64,000 bases of DNA from the NCBI GenBank assembly GCA_965217585.1, contig OZ244561.1:4224001-4288000 (forward strand), given 5' to 3'. Source of the stretch: Candidatus Latescibacterota bacterium (GTDB lineage: Bacteria > Latescibacterota > UBA2968 > UBA8231). This document shows, one piece after another, positions 38,201 through 46,518 of the stretch (position 1 is the first letter of the stretch; each line of letters begins with the position of its first letter). A model generated the notes under the pieces. That model ran no database searches. It was not told where the DNA came from and saw only the letters and a program-made list of their open reading frames with translations. The position numbers were made by a program, and so were the translations under genes.

Positions 38201-39932
38201 CTTTTTTACTAAAGCCTTGGAGCTAGACGACGAAGAAAGTCAGACCGCCGACATTGAGAGTATTCTGAGTATGTTCTTGTCGCAAGGGGTACCGGAGTCC
38301 ATGTTGCGCTGGCACTATCGGAGCCGACACGATTCCCTAATTGCCGTTTCCAATCGGGAATTTTACGATGGCCGCTTGATGATCTTCCCCAGCCCCGGGG
38401 TGAATCCCTACGCCAAGGGCTTGACATTTAACCATCTGCCCGAGTCAGTGTACGAGCGCGGTAGTTCGCGCACTAACCCGATGGAGGCGCGCGCCGTAGC
38501 CGAGGCGGTCATGCGCCACGCCAAAGCGCACCCGGATATGACCTTGGGAGTGGTCGCGTTTTCGACGGCTCAACGCGATTGTATTTTGCTGGAAATCGAG
38601 CGGTTGCGGCGTTTAGAGCCGAGTTGTGAGGAATTTTTTACTACGGGCGCGCTAGAAGGCTTTTTTGTAAAAAACTTGGAGAACGTGCAGGGGGATGAGC
38701 GCGATGTGATTTTCATCAGCATTGGCTATGGCCGTACGGCCGCTGGCAACATAAGCACGAGTTTTGGTCCGGTGAACCGCGAGGGCGGTGAGCGCCGCTT
38801 GAATGTGTTGATCACGCGCGCACGCTTGGCGATGGAGGTCTTTAGCAATTTTACGGCGGACGACATTAAAACCGAGATCAATTCGCCGTTTGGGGTTCGC
38901 GCCTTGAAGAGCTTCTTGCACTACGCGCAGACCGGTGAATTAGATCATCGCCACGAAACCGGGAAGGAGGCGGATTCGCCGTTTGAAGAGGCCGTGAGCG
39001 ACGCCATTCGCCATCTAGGCTATGACATTGAGCCGCAAGTGGGTTCGGCAGGCTTCTATATTGACATTGCCGTGCGCGACCCCGAAAAGCCCGGCCGCTA
39101 TATTTTGGCAGTAGAGTGCGACGGTGCGAGTTATCACAGCTCGGCAACGGCCCGTGATCGCGACCGTTTGCGCCAAAGCGTGCTAGAGGGATTGGGCTGG
39201 CGCTTCCATCGCATTTGGAGTACCGACTGGTTCCGGGACCCTCATAAAGAAAGCGTGCGCCTCAAGGATTCTATTGACCGAGCGCTGCGCTTTTACGAGG
39301 CGGAAGAAACCCACGCCGAGCAACCCCGTGTCGCAGCGCAGCCCAAGCGCATCGAGCGCGACGAGCCGACGGAAAAAGATTTGCGGGCCGACGCCTATGT
39401 GTTGGCCACGGGCGATTTGGGCATTGCTAATTTCGCTGAAATCCACGAGTTACCATTAAACAACGTCGCTCAAGCCATGCGCAAGGTAATTGACATTGAA
39501 GGCCCCGTTCACCTGACAGAGGCGGCGCGGCGACTCGCTGAATCGGCTGGCTTTGCCCGCGTGGGTTCGCGAATGCTAGGGCATATAAAACGAGCCGCCG
39601 CATACGGTCAAAGAAACGGTTTCCTCTACTTAGAAGGCGACTTTCTATTTGTCGATAGCGATAAGCCTGTACGGGTGCGCGATCGCTCGGACATGCCACT
39701 CACCGTTAAGAAAATCGAGTTGGTGCCCGACGAAGAAATTCACGTGGCCCTGATTACGGCAATCCGCGCGGCCTTTAGCCTGTCGGAAGATGATGCTATT
39801 TCTGAGGCCCTATCGCTGATGGGCTTTCGCCGCGTAACGGCCAAAGCGAATCGGAAGGTAGGATCCGCGCTGAGAAAGCTGGTGCAGGACGGCGCGGTAA
39901 CGGTTGAGGACGACAAGGTTGCAGTCGCTTGA
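35274..39932 (+). CDS. DUF4011 - SF1 (Upf1-like) helicase - Vsr-like/REase - DUF3320 protein (Hhe-type anti-phage candidate)
   Basis: LLDMGLRGNTLLNF, EQGVDLLYLALGFL, APLVLVPV; QGPPGTGKSQT, VFDEASQ, WHYRS, NVQGDERD, RLNVLITRAR; ECDGASYHS..RDRDRLRQ..LGW..RIWSTDW; C-terminal wHTH EGPVH. Confidence 0.9.
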   Translation: MQSLAEKLEVSRSELLDMGLRGNTLLNFRPGAKTLEVIDEKSREVFRILVAEQKPMAFIPVPASLEDESEQQALHQILEDQYADRRHTDNRLQTKLTADALDKSLLKISTEAEGYYQEQGVDLLYLALGFLTWYEHESSSTPRKAPLVLVPVALERGSARARYKVAYTQADLGPNLTLANKLKSEFEITLPEFGEELDIDEYLKEVAGSVDHQPRWQVQADEIALGFFSFGKFQMYQDLDPDNWPEDHKPYDHEVLQRLLDGGFEGVGDGLLSTPSEETSSELLNLTDLHFVLDADSSQTQAVMAVKQDANLVIQGPPGTGKSQTITNIIAEALADGKTVLFVAEKMAALEVVKRRLDECHLGDAVLELHSHKSNKSAVLQELRRTLELGPPAVENHAAKKRRHTQLREQLDAYCGEVNRSILTSGTSYINAQGHLLNLREEAGERELPALDFAEFRHWDGDAFTNACANVRELVEHLEAMGTPAQNPFAQSTLEHISPIEQNEVVTCLTKALASLSDCWKLGDTLSEEMGLDGPENLADMRAICRAGERVLNAPSLEGVQLTASDWKHRGEQIEALIQAGEEMTSLQDKRREQLIEQAWQANLLSVRQAWATTGRHWWRFIFPSFRRAQRTLQGLVKGELPAGAEACVALIDDILKYQALREPYTEHECLGESLLGIQWKGPRSDWSSLKVLSAWVVELYKEVGEGTVPEGLLKFLESGRKLKGGEEQLEGLERTAGELKELIDEVSQRLGMEARSIEEQPLGAMEDELNHWRDRIGTLEQMARYNHLRKKLCASELEQIDRLSYDWTWPPALLLTSLKKAYYEGLVNEAYNKSETLKRFNRMSHESAIAEFRRLDEDLLYHAQEELVLKHYHSLPAANAAGEMAIIRREINKKRRHMPIRRLITQAGRAIQQIKPVFMMGPMSVATYLEQGALDFELVVFDEASQVKVVDAIGPILRGKQVVVVGDTRQMPPTDFFTKALELDDEESQTADIESILSMFLSQGVPESMLRWHYRSRHDSLIAVSNREFYDGRLMIFPSPGVNPYAKGLTFNHLPESVYERGSSRTNPMEARAVAEAVMRHAKAHPDMTLGVVAFSTAQRDCILLEIERLRRLEPSCEEFFTTGALEGFFVKNLENVQGDERDVIFISIGYGRTAAGNISTSFGPVNREGGERRLNVLITRARLAMEVFSNFTADDIKTEINSPFGVRALKSFLHYAQTGELDHRHETGKEADSPFEEAVSDAIRHLGYDIEPQVGSAGFYIDIAVRDPEKPGRYILAVECDGASYHSSATARDRDRLRQSVLEGLGWRFHRIWSTDWFRDPHKESVRLKDSIDRALRFYEAEETHAEQPRVAAQPKRIERDEPTEKDLRADAYVLATGDLGIANFAEIHELPLNNVAQAMRKVIDIEGPVHLTEAARRLAESAGFARVGSRMLGHIKRAAAYGQRNGFLYLEGDFLFVDSDKPVRVRDRSDMPLTVKKIELVPDEEIHVALITAIRAAFSLSEDDAISEALSLMGFRRVTAKANRKVGSALRKLVQDGAVTVEDDKVAVA

Positions 39933-39946
39933 GTGCCCGCCACGAA

Positions 39947-42121
39947 TCAATCGCTCGGCAGTGTCGGTTCCAGTGGGATGGCTTGTCCCGCTTCCAGCAC
40001 CGCGCCGACCTCGCCGCGCAGCCGCTCTTTGAGCGTGGTGTAGCGCTGGGTGACCTTGTCGTTGGCAATGGCCAGCTTGAGGGCCTTGGGGGTGCCGACG
40101 ATGACAATCATTTGTTTGGCGCGGGTAATCGCCGTGTAGAGCAGGTTGCGCTGGAGCATCACGTAGTGCTGAGTCGTCAACGGCAGCACCACCACGGGAA
40201 ATTCCGACCCCTGAGAGCGGTGGATGCTGATGGCGTAGGCGAGGGTGAGCTGGTCGAGATCGACTTGATCGTATTCCAAGGTGTAGTCAAAGCGCACGTA
40301 GAGGACCTGCTTTTCTGCGTCGAGCCGCTCGACCGTGCCGATGTCGCCGTTAAAAACGCCCTTGTCGTAGTTGTTTTTGACCTGCATGACCTTGTCGCCC
40401 ACCCGGAACTCAGCCTCCCGATGGCGGTGCGCCTGACCGTGCGGGTTGAGGCGCTGTTGCAGCCGCTGATTGAGGTTGAGCGCACCGGTCTCACCTCGGT
40501 ACATGGGCGAAAGCACTTGGATGTCGGCGCGTTGATCCCACCCCCGATAGCTGGGCAGCCGCGTGGCGCACAATTCCTCCACCAGCTCGACCACCCGCTC
40601 CGGGTCGCCTTCTTGGAGGAAGTAGAAATCCGCGTCCGCATGGTTCTCAACGATGGGCATTTCGCCGCTGTTGATGCGGTGCGCGTTGCGGATGATGTGG
40701 CTTTTTTGGGCCTGGCGAAAAATCTGCGTCAGGCGCACCACCGGCACTTGTGCAGAGTCGATGACATCGCGGAGTACGTTGCCCGGCCCCACCGAGGGCA
40801 ACTGGTCGATGTCGCCGACTAGCACTAGCCGAGCGTGGTCGGGCAGGGCGCGCAGGAGCGCGTTCATCAGCACCACGTCGATCATGGAAGCCTCATCGAC
40901 GATCAGCGCGTCGACTTCGAGGCGGTCGTCGTAGCCCTTTTTGAATTGCCGCTCGCCCGGCTGAAATCCCAGCAGCCGATGAATGGTCTTGGCCTCGCGT
41001 CCGCTGGCCTCGCTCAGTCGCTTGGCGGCGCGGCCCGTAGGCGAGCACAGCCCGACCTTGAGGCCACCTTCCTCCAAGAGGTGCAAAATGCGCCGCGTGA
41101 CCGTAGTCTTGCCGGTGCCCGGCCCGCCGGTTAGCACCAGCACTTTGCTGGTGGCAACCAGTTCCACGGCTTGTATTTGCGCCGGGGCCAATTCCAGCCC
41201 GTCCTCCGCTGCTGCGGGCACGGCCAATGCTTCGGCCGGTGCTTGCAAGAGCCGCTTTAGCGACGATGCTGCACCCACTTCGGAGCGGTGGAGTGGCGGC
41301 AGATAGTAGCGCAGATCTTCGGTGACTGCTCCGTCGCTGGTGCGCAGGGCCTCTAATGCCGGCGGCAACAGCTCGGCGTTGATTTCCAAAATTTCGACGG
41401 CCCGCTCCATCATTTCGACGGCCGGCAGGTACACGTGGCCTTCGTCAGCCGCTTCGGAGAGCAGGTAGCGGATACCGGCCTGCACGCGCTCGGGTGCATC
41501 GTGGCCCAGGCCCAAGCGCTGGGCAATGCGATCGGCGATGCGGAAGCCGATCCCATCCACATCGCGCTCTAGGCGATAGGGATCGCTGCGCACCTTTTGA
41601 ATGGCCTCTTGGCCATAGGTCTTGAAGATTTTTACCGCGTAGCCGGTGGTAATCCCGTGCGACTGCAAAAAGACCATCACGTCCTTGATTTGCCGCTGCT
41701 CGTCCCAAGCCTCGGCAATCAGCTCGACTCTCTTCTTGCCCAGCTTGGGCACTTCCGCTAGCCGGTGGGGGTCCGCGTCGATGATGTCGAGCGTTTCCGC
41801 GCCAAAGTGCTCGACGATGCGCTTGGCCGATCTCGGCCCGACGCCTTTGATCAAACCGGACCCGAGGTACTTTTGCATCCCTTCGAGGGTCGAGGGATAA
41901 ACGGTCTTATAGCGCTCCACCTTGAGCTGTTTGCCGTATTTGGGATGATTGGTCCACACGCCTTCGACTTCGATGCTCTCGCCCTCTTGGATGGAGGCAA
42001 TCGCCCCCACGATTGCGATCCGCTCCCGCTGGCCCTCGACGACTAAGCGCGCAATGGTATAGCCGTTTTCCGGGTTGTGGTAGGTCAGGCGATCTATAAA
42101 GCCTTTATACGATTGGTTCAT
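39947..42121 (-). CDS. recD2: ATP-dependent RecD-like DNA helicase RecD2
   Basis: HPKYGKQ, YLGSGLIKGVG, GIGFRIAD, TGGPGTGKTT, PTGRAAKR, DEASM, QLPSVGPG, TQIFRQA, IHRSQGSEF, YTAITRAK. Confidence 0.95.
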   Translation of the reverse strand: MNQSYKGFIDRLTYHNPENGYTIARLVVEGQRERIAIVGAIASIQEGESIEVEGVWTNHPKYGKQLKVERYKTVYPSTLEGMQKYLGSGLIKGVGPRSAKRIVEHFGAETLDIIDADPHRLAEVPKLGKKRVELIAEAWDEQRQIKDVMVFLQSHGITTGYAVKIFKTYGQEAIQKVRSDPYRLERDVDGIGFRIADRIAQRLGLGHDAPERVQAGIRYLLSEAADEGHVYLPAVEMMERAVEILEINAELLPPALEALRTSDGAVTEDLRYYLPPLHRSEVGAASSLKRLLQAPAEALAVPAAAEDGLELAPAQIQAVELVATSKVLVLTGGPGTGKTTVTRRILHLLEEGGLKVGLCSPTGRAAKRLSEASGREAKTIHRLLGFQPGERQFKKGYDDRLEVDALIVDEASMIDVVLMNALLRALPDHARLVLVGDIDQLPSVGPGNVLRDVIDSAQVPVVRLTQIFRQAQKSHIIRNAHRINSGEMPIVENHADADFYFLQEGDPERVVELVEELCATRLPSYRGWDQRADIQVLSPMYRGETGALNLNQRLQQRLNPHGQAHRHREAEFRVGDKVMQVKNNYDKGVFNGDIGTVERLDAEKQVLYVRFDYTLEYDQVDLDQLTLAYAISIHRSQGSEFPVVVLPLTTQHYVMLQRNLLYTAITRAKQMIVIVGTPKALKLAIANDKVTQRYTTLKERLRGEVGAVLEAGQAIPLEPTLPSD

Positions 42122-42130
42122 GTGCCGTGC

Positions 42131-42751
42131 TCACAACATGAAAGCATTGTACAGTAGTGCCGTGCTCCCCGCGCCCAGCGCGCCGCCCGCGCCGAGTTGC
42201 ATCGGAGTATGCGCCCGCAAGTAAAGCCGCGCCCAAGCGACGGCCGGCCAACTCAGCAAGAAGGGCCACGCCGCACTGCCGACGCTGACCAACAATATGC
42301 AGGTCGCCCCCCCGACGCCAGCCGCGTGAATGCTGATTTTATAGGAGCGATTGATCCACCAGACCAAGAGCGTGTTGACGACACAGGACGCGGCCGTGAC
42401 TAGCATCAGGGGCGGGGCACTGATCCCGTAGAGGGCCGCCCCCCCCAAAGCGTAGCAACAAGCGCCCAGCAAGAGCAGGGTAGCGCGCTTGTCGCGGTCA
42501 TCTGTATAGGCTTTATCGAGATACCCCGAGCGCACCAAGTGCCAGAGTAGTAACCCGGGCACCACAGAGAAGGTGCCAATGGCCACCGCGCCGGCGAGCC
42601 AGTCGCCCAGCACGCGCGCTTGGACGCCGAAGACCAAGAGCGCCAACAGCGCAGGATTGAGCAAGTGGGAGAGGAAGCGTGCGACGCGGTGCGGGTGCAG
42701 ACGAAAAAAGGGACGAGCTAATTGCTCGCCCCTCGTTACTTCTTTTGCCAT
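42131..42751 (-). CDS. PAP2-like small membrane protein
   Basis: About 6 TMs; KISIHAAG and WARLYLRAHT motifs resembling PAP2 C2/C3. Confidence 0.65.
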   Translation of the reverse strand: MAKEVTRGEQLARPFFRLHPHRVARFLSHLLNPALLALLVFGVQARVLGDWLAGAVAIGTFSVVPGLLLWHLVRSGYLDKAYTDDRDKRATLLLLGACCYALGGAALYGISAPPLMLVTAASCVVNTLLVWWINRSYKISIHAAGVGGATCILLVSVGSAAWPFLLSWPAVAWARLYLRAHTPMQLGAGGALGAGSTALLYNAFML

Positions 42752-43167
42752 TTTTTTCCGCTAGCCGTGCCGCGGTCGGGCGGCCTGTCTTCGCCTGCTA
42801 GCACAAAGCCGACAAAGCGCTTCTGGCCAAGAGTTTTCAAATATTGGAGCAGGGAGACCTCGGCCTCCTTGCGGTTGAGTTGGTACTTTTCGCTGAGCAA
42901 TTCGATCATCTTACCGACCGAGTTGCGGCCGTTGCACATCCGCCAGACCTCGCTGCCGACCTCGTCGAGGGTGATTTTGCGCTGCCTGGGTATGTAGAAA
43001 AACTTGGACAGCAGCCGCACCTTCCAGGTCTCTTGGCGCTTTATTGAGACCTGGACCTCGTCGTTGTCGTTGTTCTCCCAGCTCAGGGACTCATTGCGCG
43101 TTGGCCGCGACGCCAGCATGGCGGCCCGGCTCAGCTTGGGTCCCTTGTCTTTCGATAAAATGCCCAT
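42736..43167 (-). CDS. PqqD-family protein (RiPP recognition element fold)
   Basis: ITLDEVGSEVWRMCNGRNSVGKMIELLSEKY..AEVSLLQYLKTL..KRFV. Confidence 0.82.
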   Translation of the reverse strand: MGILSKDKGPKLSRAAMLASRPTRNESLSWENNDNDEVQVSIKRQETWKVRLLSKFFYIPRQRKITLDEVGSEVWRMCNGRNSVGKMIELLSEKYQLNRKEAEVSLLQYLKTLGQKRFVGFVLAGEDRPPDRGTASGKKWQKK

Positions 43168-44083
43168 CTACTACCTTGGCGACTAGCTCGTCTGCTGTGT
43201 CTTTCTTGCGGTAGAGGTGCTCGACGATGAATATCTTGTCGAGGCTGGCATCGCGCCAGACGCGCCCTCGCAGATACAGGCGCGGCCTCGGGTTCATAAA
43301 GGGCAGGGGACGGATCAACTGACGCCAACGGCTGCGCGGCCGCCCCTCGACGCGAATGCCCTCGTGTTCCTGCACGGCCTCTGGATCAATGTCCACCACG
43401 AAGTCGCGCAATTGCTTCTTAAAAAAGACCGGATACCAGTCTTGAACGTGCGCTTCTTTGAGCATGATCCGGGCCATGCTCAACCGATGCACCCGTAGAA
43501 CCTGTTTACCGAGAGTGAACTCTAGCTGGATGTGGCCCGACTTGAGGGAATGGCTTTGTAGCTTGAGGTCGCTGGGCGCGAAAAACCGCAAGCCGTACAC
43601 GCTCCACATATAAGCGGCCTCGGCTTCTTGGTCGGCGAGCGAGCGGAACACGGCCTCGGCTTGCTCGGGCAAGGACTCGTCTAGTCTGGCCAGCACTCTC
43701 AGGAGCACTACCCGCCCGGACTTCAAGGCGAGCGCTAGATTGTACGCGCGGAAGTCGGCCTCCCAGATGAAGACCTCGTATTCGCGGCCTTCGAGGAATT
43801 TCTTGTTTTTGAGGAATCGGGCGCGGCGCTGGACCTCAAAGGGGGCATCGACCTTTTGGGCCTTCTTTTGCAGGTTGGCCAAGTAGCGATCTACCAACTC
43901 GGTCAGGCGCAGGGCCTCGCCGCGGCCTTTGAGACGCCGCCATTCGATTTCGGCACGCACGATTTCGGCGTCGTCGAGGCGGGCATAGCCCTTTTCAAAA
44001 TCCCCGTCAACTCGGCCGAGATTCCAGTCGTCAGGCACGGACAACCGCAGCCCTTGCCAAGCGAAATCCACCCGATCGCTCAT
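43091..44083 (-). CDS. Hypothetical cytoplasmic protein (330 aa), two similar halves
   Basis: Starts 1 nt after the OPT-like stop; halves begin WQGLRLSVP and VYGLRFFAP; 77-nt overlap with the PqqD gene. Confidence 0.75.
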   Translation of the reverse strand: MSDRVDFAWQGLRLSVPDDWNLGRVDGDFEKGYARLDDAEIVRAEIEWRRLKGRGEALRLTELVDRYLANLQKKAQKVDAPFEVQRRARFLKNKKFLEGREYEVFIWEADFRAYNLALALKSGRVVLLRVLARLDESLPEQAEAVFRSLADQEAEAAYMWSVYGLRFFAPSDLKLQSHSLKSGHIQLEFTLGKQVLRVHRLSMARIMLKEAHVQDWYPVFFKKQLRDFVVDIDPEAVQEHEGIRVEGRPRSRWRQLIRPLPFMNPRPRLYLRGRVWRDASLDKIFIVEHLYRKKDTADELVAKVVDGHFIERQGTQAEPGRHAGVAANAQ

Positions 44084-44084
44084 G

Positions 44085-46505
44085 CTAGAAGATCAGCACG
44101 GAGACCGATTTCTGGATCAGGGCGATCCCCACCGCCGCCATGCCCATCAAGGCCATGCCGCAGGAAAAGCCCACCGCCAGAATCGGGGCAAACAGCCGCC
44201 ACTCTTGCCGCCCGTACTTGTTCCAGAAGTAGTAGCGAGCCAAGAGCGCGCCGATGATCTCGGTCACCACGAAATGCGGCAGTTGCGTCAGCGAGCGCAC
44301 GAAGCCAAAGATCAGCAGGATCGGCAGCCCGAGGATGGAGAGCAGAATGAAACTCACCAGCCCGAAGCCGGCACCAAAGGCGATGACCTCTAGTTTCAGT
44401 GCCCTAAAGAGCCAAGGCACGTCGGTGGATCGCTGGATCCAAGAGCTGGTAAAGAGCGGGTCGGTATCGACCTCAAAGTAGAAGAACCATCCCGCCGGCA
44501 CGGCTCGCTCGATCTTCACTTCGAGGGTCGGGCGGGGATCGCGGATGACGGTGTCCATAGCCGGTCCCAAGGGCGCAATCGCCGGCAGACCCGCGACAAC
44601 TTCATCTTCGACTAGCAGCTCGTCGCGCAGGTAGCGCTCGGCGACGATGTCGGGTGCCCCTTGATCGAAGTACGAGTAGAAAACTTGGGTCGGCATCCAC
44701 GGACCGCCTTGGCCGCGCTTGCCTTCGGAGTCCAGCCATTCCTGATCCACCAGCCGCGTCCGCCAGTACCACCACTCGTTATCGATTAGATTGGCCGGAG
44801 TCCATCCCGCGCGGTCGTTGTCTACGGCCAGTTCGCTGCGCATGGTGCCGGTGATATAGAGGCATTGCTGGTAGGCGCGCAGCCGCCAGATGAGCTGGGC
44901 ATAGGGGTAGGAGGCCGAAGGGATCGGTGCCAGTTTCCAGATATAGGAGCCGTAGAGAAAACTGGTAAAGAGCACGACGGGCACCATGAAAATCTCGGCG
45001 CGAATGATGCTGGTAAACTGGGTGCCGGTCAGTTCGATTTCGCGGAACTTCTGGGTCTGGGCACCGTAGTTACCCAAGGGAAACGGAATGAACCAGATGT
45101 CAACGCCGCGATACCCAGAGAAGATAATCGTCGCCTCGCGCACGAAGGGGATGTCCACCGTCTGTCCCACCATCCCGACTAGGCGGGCGTTGACGAAGGA
45201 TTGAAAGGGCGTGAATACGAAACCAAAGAAGAGGAAAAACCATATAAATTGAGCAATGCCCGGCAGCAGCCAAGCGGCGACGCCGATCAGGCCGGCCGTG
45301 GCTAAAGAGTACAGTGCCAACGCCAACCAGATGGGGAAATCGCCGCGGCCGGCGGGGGTGGCAAAGCTGCGCTTGGGACTGCCATCATCCCCGTTGTTAG
45401 CCCTAGCACTGAGCACGCTCTGAACTATCTGATAGATGCCGATGACGGCGATGGCGAAGGTAGTGCCGAGGCCAAAGCTCATCCAGAAATCGACTTGGTT
45501 GACGAAGACGGTCTCGATCGTGCCCATGCCTTGCTGCCACAAGTTCAGATACGGCATCTCGCGCCACGAAGGCGTCCAAGTATAGAGCAGCGGGTTGGCA
45601 ATGGAGGCGACGACCACGCCGATAAAGGTGCCAATCACGCCCCAGAACGGCACCACTAAACCGACGAATATCGGCCCCAAGTGCGCGGTAAATCCCAGCG
45701 GAGTGGCCGGGATAAAGTTGCCGGTGACTTGCGTGAAGTCGACAAAGGGAATGGGTATGAGTTGGATTGGTTCGGTCAGCAGCGCGCCGGTAATCGCCGG
45801 CAGGGCCACGTAGATCGTGCCAAAGACCAAGCCGATCATCGCCCCTGCCGAGAATACCCGCCAGCGCCACGTCTCAACCCCTTGGGTGGTCTCAGCTAGC
45901 GCCATAGCGCCTTGGGCGTTTACGGGTGCGAAGGGAAAGGGCAGACGCTCGTAGTCGGAGGTGAGCCGGAAGAGCGCGTACGACATAGTGAACCAGTTGA
46001 TGCGCGAGATGATCATCCCCAAGACTAGGAGTACGATCGGCATCGCCCAATCCGAGTGTAGGAAGGTGCGCTCGAGGATGGCGGCGGAGTTGAGCGGCGG
46101 TGCCACCCAAGTGGGGATCAGCTTGGTGATGCCGAACTGCTTGGCCGCCGGCGATTGCACCAAGTACTGGTTGTAGAGCAATCCCTCAAAGGCGCCGGTC
46201 TCCGCGGCAATCAGCGAGGCGGCCACGTAGAACAGCACATAGACTTCTTGGCGCCGGAGGGTGGAAAAGGAGCGCTTGGTGATTTCGGCGAAGAGGATGA
46301 TAGTCACCCACTCGGCCGCCGCCCCCAAAGAGCCACCGATCATCAGGCTCAAGTACATGTTGCCCGGCACCATGATAAAGGCGACGAAGAACACGCCGAG
46401 GATGGCCTTGATCGTAAAGCCGTTCTCGAAGTGGTCCGGGACCTGCATTAAATCCCGATATTCTTCGATCTCTTGGTTCGGGTTTCTATTTTTGCTTCCG
46501 AGCAC
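44085..46505 (-). CDS. OPT-like (oligopeptide transporter superfamily) membrane protein with periplasmic insertion
   Basis: GTG start with GGAGG RBS; GFTIKAILG, LRRQE, ERLPFP, WKLAPIPSASYPYA; many TMs. Confidence 0.72.
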   Translation of the reverse strand: MLGSKNRNPNQEIEEYRDLMQVPDHFENGFTIKAILGVFFVAFIMVPGNMYLSLMIGGSLGAAAEWVTIILFAEITKRSFSTLRRQEVYVLFYVAASLIAAETGAFEGLLYNQYLVQSPAAKQFGITKLIPTWVAPPLNSAAILERTFLHSDWAMPIVLLVLGMIISRINWFTMSYALFRLTSDYERLPFPFAPVNAQGAMALAETTQGVETWRWRVFSAGAMIGLVFGTIYVALPAITGALLTEPIQLIPIPFVDFTQVTGNFIPATPLGFTAHLGPIFVGLVVPFWGVIGTFIGVVVASIANPLLYTWTPSWREMPYLNLWQQGMGTIETVFVNQVDFWMSFGLGTTFAIAVIGIYQIVQSVLSARANNGDDGSPKRSFATPAGRGDFPIWLALALYSLATAGLIGVAAWLLPGIAQFIWFFLFFGFVFTPFQSFVNARLVGMVGQTVDIPFVREATIIFSGYRGVDIWFIPFPLGNYGAQTQKFREIELTGTQFTSIIRAEIFMVPVVLFTSFLYGSYIWKLAPIPSASYPYAQLIWRLRAYQQCLYITGTMRSELAVDNDRAGWTPANLIDNEWWYWRTRLVDQEWLDSEGKRGQGGPWMPTQVFYSYFDQGAPDIVAERYLRDELLVEDEVVAGLPAIAPLGPAMDTVIRDPRPTLEVKIERAVPAGWFFYFEVDTDPLFTSSWIQRSTDVPWLFRALKLEVIAFGAGFGLVSFILLSILGLPILLIFGFVRSLTQLPHFVVTEIIGALLARYYFWNKYGRQEWRLFAPILAVGFSCGMALMGMAAVGIALIQKSVSVLIF

Positions 46506-46518
46506 TCGCTAGCCTCCC

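Noticed and set aside
42736-43167. PQQ biosynthesis or a RiPP cluster
   Set aside because: No pqqABCE, radical SAM, lasso cyclase or precursor is visible; only the RRE fold is supported.
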